Position numbers and translations under genes: made by a program. Source: an uncultured Acidobacteriota bacterium (GTDB lineage: Bacteria; Acidobacteriota; UBA6911; RPQK01; JAPXNP01). From it: 64,000 nt of DNA. Below are positions 9,869 to 21,595 of this stretch, piece after piece; position 1 is the first letter of the stretch; every line of letters begins with the position of its first letter. The stretch is from positions 224,001 through 288,000 of the forward strand of contig CAVZRV010000027.1 in the NCBI GenBank assembly GCA_963777605.1. The letters are read 5' to 3'. The notes beneath the pieces are model-generated. The model made no database searches. It worked only from the letters and a program-made list of their open reading frames with translations, and was not told the DNA's origin.

Positions 9869-11515
9869 CTACTCGGGTTTCTTTTCCGACAGTCGTTCCA
9901 GGAAAAGGTATCGATCCCGGTGGGCGGCCGGTTCGGCATGCGATTCCACGTCGATCCGCATCATCATGGACTGGGCGTCCCGGCCGCTCGCTGCGGCAGG
10001 CCAGTCCGGCAATCCGTGCCCGTTGGGATCTCCAGACTTGATGAAGTTCGCAAAGTAGCCCTGCAGGGTCTTCGACACCCGGTAATCGTCTTCCGTCCAG
10101 GCAAAGACCGGGTTGGTCGACAGGTTGCCCATGGCGTATTCGATCTCTGCCGAGTGAACCGCTCCGGGAGGCACCGGCGGAACTTCCGACTGGTCCCCGC
10201 TCGAGGCATCGCCTCCCGCCTCTGACTTAACCGGGGGCCGCGGATGCGCGTAGAGAGTAGCGGTAAACCGGCTTTCCCGCCAGTCTGGCGCTGCAGGTCG
10301 AACCACCGCCAGGTGCTGAATCCGATGAACCGGTCCCCGGCCAGGTCGGTGGCCGACTGAATCGTTTGCTCGACGGTGGCCGACGGATACAGTCTCAGGA
10401 TCTCGTCGGCATCGCTGCCGTAGAGTTCCCGGACCGCCTTGGCGAAATTCTCCGGGGTGGGGTCATTTCTGCCGAAAATGGCCCGGTAGTTTGATTCCTC
10501 CGAGTTCCAGCCGACCAGCAGCGGCACATGCGCCTGCTCCCCGTTGCGGTAGATTTCCAGCGGAGGTTTCGGAAAGAAGTAGCCGTCCACATTCCAGGAG
10601 AACCGGGGCGCGCCCGGACTCGCGGAAGCCTCGAGCAGTTCCATCGCCGACAGGGCCCGCAGCTCCTTCAGCGATGAGGCTCCCAGTTGCTCCCCGAACT
10701 TCAGCCCGGACCGCTCGGCGTCGGCAAGAGACGTCGCAGGACGGGAACCGAGGACCGATCCGCTCTCACCGATCGCACCCGCAATCAGGTCCCGGGACTG
10801 AGGGGAGGCCATTTGAGCGCTCACCGCGAAGGAACCGGCAGACTCCCCGGCGATCGTGACTTTGCGGGGATCCCCTCCGAATGCCGCGATGTTCTCCTGG
10901 ACCCAGCGAAGGGCCTGGGCCTGGTCCATCAGGGTGTAGTTCCCCGAAGCGTGATGGGAGGACTCGCTGGTCAACTCGGGATGGGCAAAAAAGCCGAAAA
11001 TCCCGAGCCGGTAGCTCATGGTTACGACGACGATTCCGCGCTGTGCCATGCTCTCACCGTCGTAGCGGAACTCCGATCCGTCACCGGCGACGAAGCCTCC
11101 TCCGTAGTAGTAGACCAGACACCGGCAACTTCCTGTCGGGCGAAGTGGAGGGAGTCCAAACGTTCAGGTAAAGGCAGTCTTCGCTCATCCCGCTGTTGCG
11201 GAATCTCATGTCGTCGAAGATTCTCCGCTGCATGCACTGAGGCGCGAACTCGTCGGCACGCCGGACCCCGTCCCAATCCAGCGGAGACTGCGGCGGTTGC
11301 CAGCGCAACTCACGCACGGGCGGAGCCGCATAGGGAATTCCCCTGAACTCCAGCACCCCGCTTTGCTTGACCAGTCCTTCAACGATCCCGTTGGCAGTCC
11401 GAACCTGCGGTGATCCGGGGGAAGCGGAGGATCCGGCCCCGGGAGCCCCTGACCGGGCGATCGCAACCGGCGCCAGCAGAAAGGCAGCGACAGAGAACAG
11501 CAGTAAGAGTTTCAT
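9869..11515 (-). CDS. Type-B carboxylesterase/lipase family protein (frameshifted)
   Basis: FRGIPYAAPP..LRW, SEDCLYLNVWTP, YRLGIFGF, GESAG nucleophile, AVHSAEIEY and GDPNG, spread over three ORFs. Confidence 0.9.
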
Positions 11516-11735
11516 GTCCACCCGATAATATGCCAGCAGGTGCCCAGGGAATAGAACAATCTTCCCCTGAGATCCCGCTGCGGCCGCTCGTCAGGATCTC
11601 ACCGGAATTTCTGCCGGGAGGACATTCCACCCCCTCAAAGAGAAACCTCCACCCCCCTTATTGGATCTTTAAATATGAATGGACAAATTGAATAAGAGCC
11701 CAACTGGGGTGGGATAGAAAGTTGAGGGTAATGCA

Positions 11736-12206
11736 ATGAAAAGCATAAAGGTCGGAATACTGATACTGAGCGTGTTCCTGATGATGGCAGTTCCTGCTAC
11801 TGCGGCCGACCATGACGACCATTTTGAAGGGCACGAACATGAGCATTTCGGGCGTGTCTCACCCGGCTTCGGCGGGTTTGGCTGGTATAGCCCGTACTTC
11901 TTTGGACCCGGACTGGGCTGGTACGGAGCCTACGGGCCTAATCCCTACTATTACCGTCACCAGGCGGATACGGGCCACCTGAAGCTGAAAGTCAACGTGA
12001 AGGATGCGGATGTGTACATAAACGGAGCCTACGCCGGAAAGGCGAAGGACCTCAAATCACTCTGGTTGCGACCGGAATCCTATGAGATCCAGGTACGGGC
12101 GGACGGTTATGAGACCTATGCCACCCAGATCTACCTGCTCCGGGGCAAGACCATGGAGGTGAAAGCGGACCTGGTCCCCATTCCGCAACCGCAAACCCAG
12201 CCCTGA
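11736..12206 (+). CDS. Exported PEGA-domain protein with Gly/Tyr/His-rich N-terminal region
   Basis: Signal peptide, then GHLKLKVNVKDADVYING.YAG...LRPESYEIQVRADGYE, which matches the PEGA pattern. Confidence 0.75.
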   Translation: MKSIKVGILILSVFLMMAVPATAADHDDHFEGHEHEHFGRVSPGFGGFGWYSPYFFGPGLGWYGAYGPNPYYYRHQADTGHLKLKVNVKDADVYINGAYAGKAKDLKSLWLRPESYEIQVRADGYETYATQIYLLRGKTMEVKADLVPIPQPQTQP

Positions 12207-12297
12207 TCTGATTGCCCGATCGCTGTCCGCTCGCCAGGGCACTCTCGCCGGGGCACTGAAGTGCAAACTGCAGCGCCCCCGGGAGCAAGTCCAACCA

Positions 12298-13736
12298 CTA
12301 GGAAAGTTCCAGCACTACGAACCTCAGTTGGTCTTTACGCTGAATCTGAAGTACCGCCGGACTGCCGGGCTGCAGCTTATCGAGGATCTCCCGTAAAGAA
12401 GCCAGGTTGAAGATCGGGTTCCCGTTCAGTGAAATGATCAAATCACCAGGGCCCAGTCCGTCTTCCGCCCCCGGTTCCCCGGCAACGCTGGCGGCCACCA
12501 GGACACCCGCAGGTTTCCGCAACTCTCCGATCAGGTCCAGAACGGAATCATCGATATCGACCGCCAGAATTCCAAGCCGGGAGACCAGATTGGATTTCTC
12601 CGTGACCATCTCCAGAAACCGGTTGGGATCGTCCGTCCGATTAGCCACAGTCACGTCGGCCTCGACAGTCTCCGTCCCCCGCAGCGCATGTACCTTAATA
12701 ACGTCGCCGATAGCGTGCCGGTCAATGATCATCAGGAGTTGATGCAGGCTCCGAATCGGCTCGCCGTCGATGTCGGCCAGGAGATCTCCGGGATCGAGCC
12801 CGGCCTTCTGGGAAGGCCCATCCGGAGCGACATCTTCCAGAATCACCCCCCAGTCCCGAGGTAACCGCAGCCCGGCAGCCAGTGACGGAGTCACGGAAAT
12901 CGGAACCACTCCGATCCGGCCGTGGTGAATGTGCCCGGACTCCCGCAGCTCCAAGTAAATCCGCTTAACCAGGTTCGACGGAATCGCGAACCCAATCCCT
13001 TCACTCCCCCCCGACTGGGAGAGGATGAACGCGTTCATCCCCACCACTCCGCCCTCGGCATCGACCAGGGGGCCGCCGCTGTTGCCCGGATTGATCGGGG
13101 CATCCGTCTGGATGTACACGTAGGGATCCCCGACTGTCAGTTGACGTTCAGGCGAACTGACCACTCCCATTGAGACCGAGTCCTCAAGCGCCATCGGGTT
13201 GCCAAACGCCAGCACAATCTGACCCTGGCTGAGCTGGTCGGAGTCGGCCAGTGTCAGCGGAGCAAGTCCAGCCCGATCAATCTTGATAACCGCCAGATCT
13301 GTTTCCTGGTCCATTCCAATCAGCTGTGCCGCTACCGAACGCTTGGCCGGCAAGCCGGCGGAACCGCTGACTGCGGTCAGGTTGGTCTCATCCAGTCGCA
13401 CCTGGATGTGCCGGGCGCCGCGAACCACGTGAGCATTGGTGACGATGTAGCCTTCGCTGTCGAGAACGAACCCGGAGCCCGTTCCCTGCTCAGAGGTAAC
13501 CTGTCCCTGAGGCTGTCCTTCCACGGGACCGAATCCCACCGTTCGAATCTGAACCACGGACGGCCGCACTTGCTGACCAGCTCTGCCACGGAAGCACTCA
13601 GGCTCTGAATCGACGATGCCGTTTTTGAAGCTGGGCTACGCTGCGCCGTAGCCTGGGCCCCGAGAAACGCAACCGAAGTGAACAGAAGTACGGGGAAAAT
13701 CAATAACTGTCTATTCATATCCTGGGAAGACTCCAT
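12298..13736 (-). CDS. HtrA/DegP-type trypsin-like serine protease with two PDZ domains (frameshift near 13570)
   Basis: GSGFV, TNAHVV, DLAVIK, IQTDAPINPGNSGGPL and two PDZ domains. The signal peptide is in ORF 13377-13736. Confidence 0.9.
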
Positions 13737-14105
13737 GGCTTTCGATCGTCATCCTCGACTCGAAACGGCCGCTGACACCGACTCATGAATGACGAAAAGA
13801 CACGCCCTGCAGCTGCGGTCATCCGCGGCGGTCAAATCCATCGCCAGTTTCCCATCCGGGTCAACGAAATTCAATGCCGGTGACAATAGCCCGGTTCCCT
13901 TCGATAGTCTCAGATCGGGGCCACTCGTGAAGACAAAAACGCCCACGGCCGACACTCCCCCTCAGTTTCCGGCAGTCAATTTCTGTATGGACAGGGACCG
14001 AGAAATAGTTTAGAAATAGGTTTTTCACCAGGGGTTCCAAGCCCCCGGTCTGTTTCTCCATGGGTGGCGTGGACCTCTAACTCGCAAGAAGGGTGGCGGC
14101 AGGTG

Positions 14106-14574
14106 GTGGAGAGTCACGAGGAGCAGCGCTGCGAAGAGACCGGGTTGTTCACTTCCGTGTTCGGCAGCAGGACGATTCAGCTTGTTTCCTTCAGCCTGGT
14201 CGTCGGGTTGATGAGCAACCTCAATGCGATGGTGGATCTGGTCCTTCACCCGGATATCCCCTACTTCGACCCGGAACATCTCATTGTGGGAGGTGTAACC
14301 GGGCTGGTCAGTGCCCTGCTTTTCGGTTCGTTCTTTCTTGCGCGCGCGCCGACTCGCGCTGGCCCTGACGAAGATCCGCACCCTCGAGCAAATTCTTTCA
14401 TCCTGTTCGAACTGCAGGAAGATTCGAAAACCGGGTGAGGACCCCAAAGCACCCGATTCGTGGGTTCCGCTCGAGGACTACGTCTCCCAGAGAACGGCCA
14501 CATCTTTCAGCCATGGGATCTGCCCGGAGTGCGTTTCGAAGCTCTACCCGGAGCATCGCGATCTCATAGCCTGA
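14106..14574 (+). CDS. Small two-TM membrane protein with C-terminal CxxC...SHGICPEC tail (frameshift near 14340; start uncertain)
   Basis: ORF 14064-14438 gives TM-HPDIPYFDPEH-TM. ORF 14311-14574 gives CSNCRKIR...W..LEDY...FSHGICPECVSKLYP. Confidence 0.65.
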
Positions 14575-14613
14575 AAGGGCCCGACAGCAAACCTTCCTGA
14601 AACGGAGGTTGAT

Positions 14614-17600
14614 TCAGGCTCCGGGAGGAGGGCTTGTGGTATGCGCTGGCAAGGAACCGGGCCTGACTGGAGAAGACTGCTCTGCCTGCATGCCGTTCCC
14701 TGTCATTTCTCCACGAAGACACCCGAACGCTCCATGCAGGTCCGCGAGCAACCCGGTGACTTCCTCCAGTTTGCCCTCCCGGGCCGCCTGCTCGATCCGT
14801 GCCGCCACTTCGCACATCGACTCCGCACCCAGGTTCGCGGCGGCGCCTTTGATCGAATGTGATTGCCGTTCGATCTGTGACAGATCGGAATCGTCAAGGT
14901 AGTTCTGCAGGCTTTCAAGTTGGAGTGGCAGGTCGTCCAGTGCCACCTTGACCATCTGCGACAGAAAATCTTCGTCGTCCATGAGACGTTTGAGCAGGCC
15001 GGCGCGGTCCCATACAGGAACGGAAGAATGGCGGTGCTCGCTCTCTGGAACTTCGGATCGAGGAACCTGGTGAGGATTACCAGGCTTGTCCAGGCCGCTT
15101 CCGGCCCCGGGCGGGCGATTCCGTTCCCGGGGAGTTTCCGGAAGCCAGCGTTCCACAATTTCCAGCAGGGAAGAAGGTTGAACCGGCTTGGAGATGTAGT
15201 CGTCCATGCCATTCGCGAGGCAACGTTCCCGATCACCCCGCATAGCGTGGGCAGTCATCGCGATGATAGGAATGCGGGGATGAACTCCCGCGGCGGCGTT
15301 GGAGCGAATCATTGCGGTGGAAGCGAACCCGTCCATGACCGGCATTTGGATGTCCATCAGCACGAGGTCGAAAGATCCTTCCTCGAGTGCCTTGACCGCT
15401 TCCTCGCCGTTGGATACTGCGGTTACACGATGCCCCATCTTCTCGAGCAGTTTGATGGCGACCTTCTGATTGACCCGGTTGTCCTCCGCGAGAAGGATTC
15501 GGGAGCAGGCACGGCGGCCGGTCGTTGCTTTACCGCCGCCGGTCGTGCCATGAACCGGCCTCGACGGGAGTGAGGCCTGGCCGCTTCCCCGGAGGATCTC
15601 CGCCAGACAATCATAAAGTTTAGACTGTTTAACCGGTTTCACCAGGTGGGCAGAGAATTCGACGTCGTCAGAATCTCGGAATTCGTTCTGGCTGCCAACT
15701 GAAGACATCATGACGAGCCTCAGACGTTCCCAGTTCAGGATCGGCCTGAATTGAACGTCCCAGTTCCACACCGTCCATGACAGGCATCTGCATGTCCAGT
15801 ATAGCCAGGCGAAACGGGTCTCCTTTTTCTGTTGCCGCCCGCAACTTGGCGAGCGCCGTCGATCCTCCATCAGCCTCTTCGTGCCGTACGCCCCAGGAAC
15901 TGAGCATCGCCCTCAGGACCTCGCGGTTGGTCGGGTTGTCATCAACGATAAGCACCTTGGTTCCCTGAAGCGGGCACGGCTGAAGATCGCTTGTTTTCCT
16001 GACAGTATCCGACCTCTTCAGCCGGACTGTGAACCAGAAGGTGGAGCCTCGGCCTTCTTGACTTTCAACCCCGATCTGGCCGTCCATCAACTCGCACAGA
16101 CTCTTTGAAATCGCCAGGCCGAGACCGGTGCCCCCGAATTTCCTGGTTGTCGAGGCATCCACCTGCTGGAATGCATTGAACAGGAGGCCGATCTCGCTTT
16201 CCGGAATACCGAGCCCGGTATCACGCACCTCGAATCGCAGGGTAACCCGATCGGCGGATTCCGATTCGAGGGACACTCGCACCGCCACTTCTCCCTCGCC
16301 GGTAAACTTGACGGCATTCCCGGCCAGGTTGATCAGAACCTGGCGCAAGCGTCCCGCATCGCCCAAAAGCCAGGTCGGTACTCCCGGGTCGATTGCGGAG
16401 ATGAACTCAAGCCCCTTCTGCTGGGCTCGAAACGCGAGAAGTTCCGCAGTGCCGTCGAGGACTTCGGTCAGGTTGAATTCGACTTCCTCCAGTTGCAGCT
16501 GGTCGGCCTCGATCTTCGAGAAATCGAGAATGCCGTCGATCAAGTTGAGCAGGGCGTCCCCACTGGAGCGTACGATTTCGGCATAATGCCTCTGTTCCTC
16601 CGAGAGATCGGTTCCGAGAAGCAGGCCGGTCATTCCAATGACACCATTCATCGGGGTCCGGATCTCATGGCTCATATTGGCCAGGAATTGACTTTTCGCG
16701 ATGGTTGCAGCCTCTGCCTGCACCGTCATCTCATTGGCCCGATGGATCGATTTCTCCAGCGCCAGGTTGGTCCGCTCCAAGTCCTCCCGTGAGTGTGCCA
16801 GTTCAATCTCAGCCAATTTCCGGACGGTGATGTCTCGAAGCACCCCGACGCAATGACGGCTCCCTCCGAGTTGAATGGCGGCAAGGGAGAGTTCCACCGA
16901 GATTTCCCGGCCATCCTTTCGCACGCTCTCCAATTCGAGAGTCTTACCAATGGCGGCTCCTTCGCCGGTCGCTTGAAAATGCGCGAAGGCAGCTTGGTGT
17001 GCTGAGTGGTAGCGGGACGGTGCGATCAGACGGTGCAGGTTCTGGCCGATCACCTCGTCCGATGAGTAGCCGAACATCCGCTCTGCTGCAGGGTTCCAGA
17101 AGGAGACATGGCCCTCTGGATCGAGAGTGATGATCGCGTCATGGGCCGATTCGGTAATCGCCCGCATCCGGGTTTCACTGGCGATCAGCGCGGCCTGCTG
17201 CCTTCGGATGCCGATATCGGTCCGCCTGAGGGCCACGTAAGCGTAGCTCACCAGGAGGAAGAGCAAGACACCTCCTCCGACCGCGACCGCCGTCAGATTT
17301 CCGGAAAACGAATGCCGGAGATCCGACATATCGCGCATCACCAGAAATTCTCCCACGACGGTTCCGGAGATGTCTCGAAAGGGGACAACTGCGCTAAGCC
17401 AGTGCGCATCGCCGATACTCACTTCCGATTCGGTGAAATCGTTGTGGTCGGACGCCCGAGCCACCCTCACGAAGTCGTTGGACAAGGACTCCATGGAACT
17501 GTAGACGGGAGCCATGTCGGAAATGTGCACCCATTCTGCATCAAGGCCAGACCGCCGGATCGCAGTTTCCCAGCTTTCCCGGCTCAGGAACTGCTTGTCG

Positions 17601-18847
17601 ATCAAGATTGCCAGTTCGATTTCGGGCGCCGCGTGGAGGGACTTCAAGACCTCGTTGATATCTTTACCCAGCTCGATGTATCCGACAATTTCGCCGTTCC
17701 AGAATGCCGGCTCAATCACTCGTAAGGTGATCCCGCCTGACTGATCCATTTCCAGTCCGTGCACCGACCTTCCCCGCTTCGCCGCCTGAATCGCGATCGT
17801 CGGGCCCACTTCGTCGCCCCGTCTCGACGGGTCGTGAAGGCGGAGAAGGCAACTGCGGTCGGCTTTCAGGAAGGAAAACCGGGTCACGCCATGATTCTCG
17901 CGCATTTCCTCAAACGGAACCCTCCAGGAGGACCGCAGTCGCTGCGCATCGTTCTTGGCAAGAGCCTCTCCGACGAATGGGTCCGCCGAGATCAATTCGA
18001 GCGCCATTTCCAAACCCGTTGTCTCTCGATCCAACAGCAGATCCAGGTTTTTGGGCACTTCACGCAACGCATGAGAGGCCTCACTCTTCAATCGGTATTG
18101 TTCGTACCACCACTCGAAGGCTCCCAGGCAAAGGCCCAGCAGTACCAGGGCGCCAATTAGGGGAGGCATCAGGCGGCGGAGGACAGGCTTCGGGAGCGCC
18201 TCGACCGGCCTCTTTGCGAGCAGCGCACCTACGATCCCGATGACCAGGACCGCCAACAACCCCAGTGGCAGGGCGGAGCGTAGCACCACGTCCCCTTGCC
18301 AACTACGGGCATTGACATCCATCCTGAACATCGCCACGAGGGCGCCGGTCTGAGGATCTTTGATCGGAATCAACGACGAAATCCAGACTCCCCGTCGATC
18401 GCCAACGGGCCCCTCCACAAGTTCGCTTTCGGACTCAAACGCCTGCATCAGGCCGGGCGAGATCTCCTGATAAATCTCTCCGGGCTGGGATTCATCTGGC
18501 GATCCGACCGGCTCGCTGTCCAGGAAAAGATAGACATGTCCATCCCGGCGGCGTCCCATCAGGTAGATGAAACGGCATTCGGGATTGGCGAGGCGAACCG
18601 CTGCAAACTGTTTCTTGAGGCGGAGGTAGAACGGGTTTTCAAGATCGGCTTCAGTGCCTGAGAGTGATCGGATTGAGTCCAGGCTGACGCTCCGTGCAAC
18701 AAGTCGGGCCTCCATCAGGAAGTCGGCCCTCATACGCTGATCGGCCTCTCTCAGCGTCCACCAGCAGAGGGACAAACCGACCAGCAAAAACAACCCAATT
18801 CCGATCAAGGGCGTTCTTGTTACAAACCATCGCCTGGAAAACGGCAT
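14614..18847 (-). CDS. Hybrid sensor histidine kinase: 4 TM, two extracytoplasmic sensor regions, PAS, HisKA, HATPase, REC, REC, HPt (frameshift near 15725)
   Basis: FLANMSHEIRTPMNG, NLAGNAVKFT, DTGLGI, GGTGLGL, two DxQMP receivers, SHSIKGAAANLGA HPt. Confidence 0.9.
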
Positions 18848-19129
18848 CCGGAGCTCCAACTCTTTCGTAGTGCCAGTGCGCTCTCATCAGCGGGCAAGCC
18901 TTCGTGCCGCACATTGGCCAGACCTTTTGAAAGCCTGGATACGTAATCGACGGGATAAGACAATTCCCTTATAGCCGGCTGCCTGGAGTGCACTCCCATA
19001 TTCACGAACCCTTGACCGGGATGTGCACAAATCTTTATCGTTGTCCGGAGGATTCTTTTCTCCGTGCCGTTGTCGATCGTCTCGGTGACGGCCGTGGCAA
19101 TTGGTCTTTTACTGTACAGAGGGAGAGTT

Positions 19130-21367
19130 ATGTCATCGGCAAAGATCATCTGGACCAAAATTGACGAGGCTCCGGCACTGGCATCCTATTCATTACTTCC
19201 GATAATTCGAGCTTACGCAAAGGGATCAGGCATTGAGATCGAGCCGAGCGACATCTCCCTCGCCGGCCGGATCATCGCAAATTTCCCGGATCGACTTCGG
19301 GAAGAGCAAAAAATCGACGACCAACTGGCTCGCCTCGGCAAGCTCGTAAAGCGCCCCGAAGCCAACATCATCAAACTGCCGAACATCAGTGCATCGCTCC
19401 CTCAGCTGCAGGCTGCGATCAAAGAACTGCGGCAGCACGGATACGACATCCCCGAGTACCCGGAAGAGCCGAAGAATGACGAAGAACGTGCCCTCCAGAC
19501 GCGATTTGCCAAGGTTCTCGGATCGGCGGTTAACCCGGTCCTCCGGGAAGGCAATTCCGACCGGCGGGCAGCCACGTCCGTCAAGGCTTTTGCCCAGAAG
19601 AATCCCCACCGAATGATGAAGGATTGGCCGGCGACCGGATCGAAGACCCGGGTTGCCCACATGACTTCGGGCGACTTCTACGGCAGTGAGACCTCGGCAA
19701 CAATGGCCGAGGCAACCGACGTCAGAATCGAGTTCGTTGGTGCCGACGGGTCCGTCACGGTCCTGAAACCCGACTTCCCCATTGAGAAAGGGGAAGTGAT
19801 CGACAGTGCGGCAATGAATGTAGCCTCACTCCGCAACTTCTACGCCCAGCAGATGGAGGCCGCCAAGCAGGCTGACGTACTCCTCTCGCTCCATCTCAAG
19901 GCAACCATGATGAAGGTCTCCGACCCGATCATGTTCGGACATTGCGTATCGGTCTACTTCAAGGACGCGTTAGAGAAGCACGCTGATTCTCTGGCCGCGA
20001 TCGGCGCAAACGTGAATAACGGTCTCACCGATGTGCTCGACAAGCTGGAGCGACTCCCCGCCGGAAAGAAAGCCGAGATCGAGGCCGACATCTCCGCCTG
20101 CTACGAAAACGGCCCAGCCCTGGCCATGGTGGACTCGCGCTATGGCATCACCAACCTGCACGTTCCCAACAACATCATCGTGGACGCCTCGATGCCGGTG
20201 GTGGTGCGAGACGGAGGCCGAATGTGGAACAAGGACGATGCGCTTCAGGACACCATCGCAATGGTTCCAGATCGCTGCTACGCAACCATGTACCAGGCAA
20301 TCATTGAAGACTGCCAGAAGAACGGCCAGTTCAACCCCGCGACGATGGGGAGCGTGTCCAATGTCGGGCTGATGGCCAGGAAGGCGGAGGAATACGGCTC
20401 CCACGACAAGACTTTCACAGCCCCCGGGACCGGTGTGATCCGGGTCGTCGAAAAGAGCGGCAACACGATCCTCGAACAGTCCGTCGAGAAGGGGGACATC
20501 TTCCGCATGTGCCAGGCCAAGGACGAGCCTATCCGGGACTGGGTCAAACTGGCCGTCACGCGCGCCCGCGCAACCGGGGTTCCGGCCATTTTCTGGCTCG
20601 ATGAGGACCGCGGGCACGATGCGGAGATCATCAAGAAAGTCAACGTCTACCTGACGGATCATGACACCAGCGGTCTTGACATTCGGATCATGAAACCGGT
20701 GGACGCGATGAACTTCTCCGTCGAACGGATTCGGCGCGGCGAAGACACGATTTCGGTTACCGGCAACGTACTGCGGGACTATCTGACCGACCTTTTCCCT
20801 ATCCTCGAACTGGGCACCAGCGCGCGGATGCTCTCCATCGTTCCCCTGCTCAACGGAGGAGGACTGTTTGAGACCGGCGCAGGCGGATCAGCCCCCAAGC
20901 ATGTTCAACAGTTTCTGAAAGAAGGCCACTTGCGCTGGGACTCCCTGGGAGAGTACTGCGCCCTGGTTCCTTCCCTGGAATGGATCGCGGACCAGACCGG
21001 CAACCCGAGGGCAAAGCTGCTGTCAGAGACTCTCGACGAAGCGATCGGGAAATATCTTGAAAATGCCCGCTACCCATCCCGGAAAGTGAACGAGATCGAC
21101 AACCGGGGCAGCAGTTTCTATCTGGCGCTCTACTGGGCACAGACCCTGGCCGCCCAGGATGAGGACGCAGAACTGAAGTCCCGCTTCACCGGGATCGCCG
21201 AGGCACTTGAGAAGAACGAGGCGAAGATCGTCGAGGAACTCCTGGCCGCCCAGGGGTCAAGCATGGATATCGGCGGCTACTACGATCCCGATCGGGCGCT
21301 TTGCGAGAAGGCCATGCGGCCCAGTTCGACATTTAATCAGGTCATCGACGCGGCGCTGTCGAATTGA
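19130..21367 (+). CDS. icd: Monomeric NADP-dependent isocitrate dehydrogenase
   Basis: 745 aa with [61 protein letters not shown]. Confidence 0.97.
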   Translation: MSSAKIIWTKIDEAPALASYSLLPIIRAYAKGSGIEIEPSDISLAGRIIANFPDRLREEQKIDDQLARLGKLVKRPEANIIKLPNISASLPQLQAAIKELRQHGYDIPEYPEEPKNDEERALQTRFAKVLGSAVNPVLREGNSDRRAATSVKAFAQKNPHRMMKDWPATGSKTRVAHMTSGDFYGSETSATMAEATDVRIEFVGADGSVTVLKPDFPIEKGEVIDSAAMNVASLRNFYAQQMEAAKQADVLLSLHLKATMMKVSDPIMFGHCVSVYFKDALEKHADSLAAIGANVNNGLTDVLDKLERLPAGKKAEIEADISACYENGPALAMVDSRYGITNLHVPNNIIVDASMPVVVRDGGRMWNKDDALQDTIAMVPDRCYATMYQAIIEDCQKNGQFNPATMGSVSNVGLMARKAEEYGSHDKTFTAPGTGVIRVVEKSGNTILEQSVEKGDIFRMCQAKDEPIRDWVKLAVTRARATGVPAIFWLDEDRGHDAEIIKKVNVYLTDHDTSGLDIRIMKPVDAMNFSVERIRRGEDTISVTGNVLRDYLTDLFPILELGTSARMLSIVPLLNGGGLFETGAGGSAPKHVQQFLKEGHLRWDSLGEYCALVPSLEWIADQTGNPRAKLLSETLDEAIGKYLENARYPSRKVNEIDNRGSSFYLALYWAQTLAAQDEDAELKSRFTGIAEALEKNEAKIVEELLAAQGSSMDIGGYYDPDRALCEKAMRPSSTFNQVIDAALSN

Positions 21368-21374
21368 TTAGTGC

Positions 21375-21438
21375 GGCCCCGTTTCCCTCTCTGAACGATC
21401 CGCACGGAGCCCGGGGGCGGGGCTGAACTGAGACTTCG
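21375..21438. repeat. Copy of dispersed GC-rich intergenic repeat
   Basis: gtttccctctctgaacgatccgcacggagcccgggggcggggctgaactg matches 53964-54011 in the same orientation, and 51869-51907 and 52019-52075 in inverted orientation. Confidence 0.75.
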
Positions 21439-21481
21439 CTCCCGTCAGGCCTTTCCTTACTGCACTGACCGAGAAATTCAT

Positions 21482-21510
21482 TTGCGCTAGGTACTCGAAC
21501 GGCCTATCCT
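21482..21510 (+). promoter_or_regulatory. Putative sigma70 promoter for the M14 pair
   Basis: TTGCGC-17 nt-TATCCT, 85 nt upstream of the start codon. Confidence 0.45.
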
Positions 21511-21595
21511 TTGACTCCGAATGTCAACTTGGACCCTGGCGAGGTTCCTTCAGGCCGGCCGATAACAGCAGCCGGCTTGAGATGAGGGGGAGACG

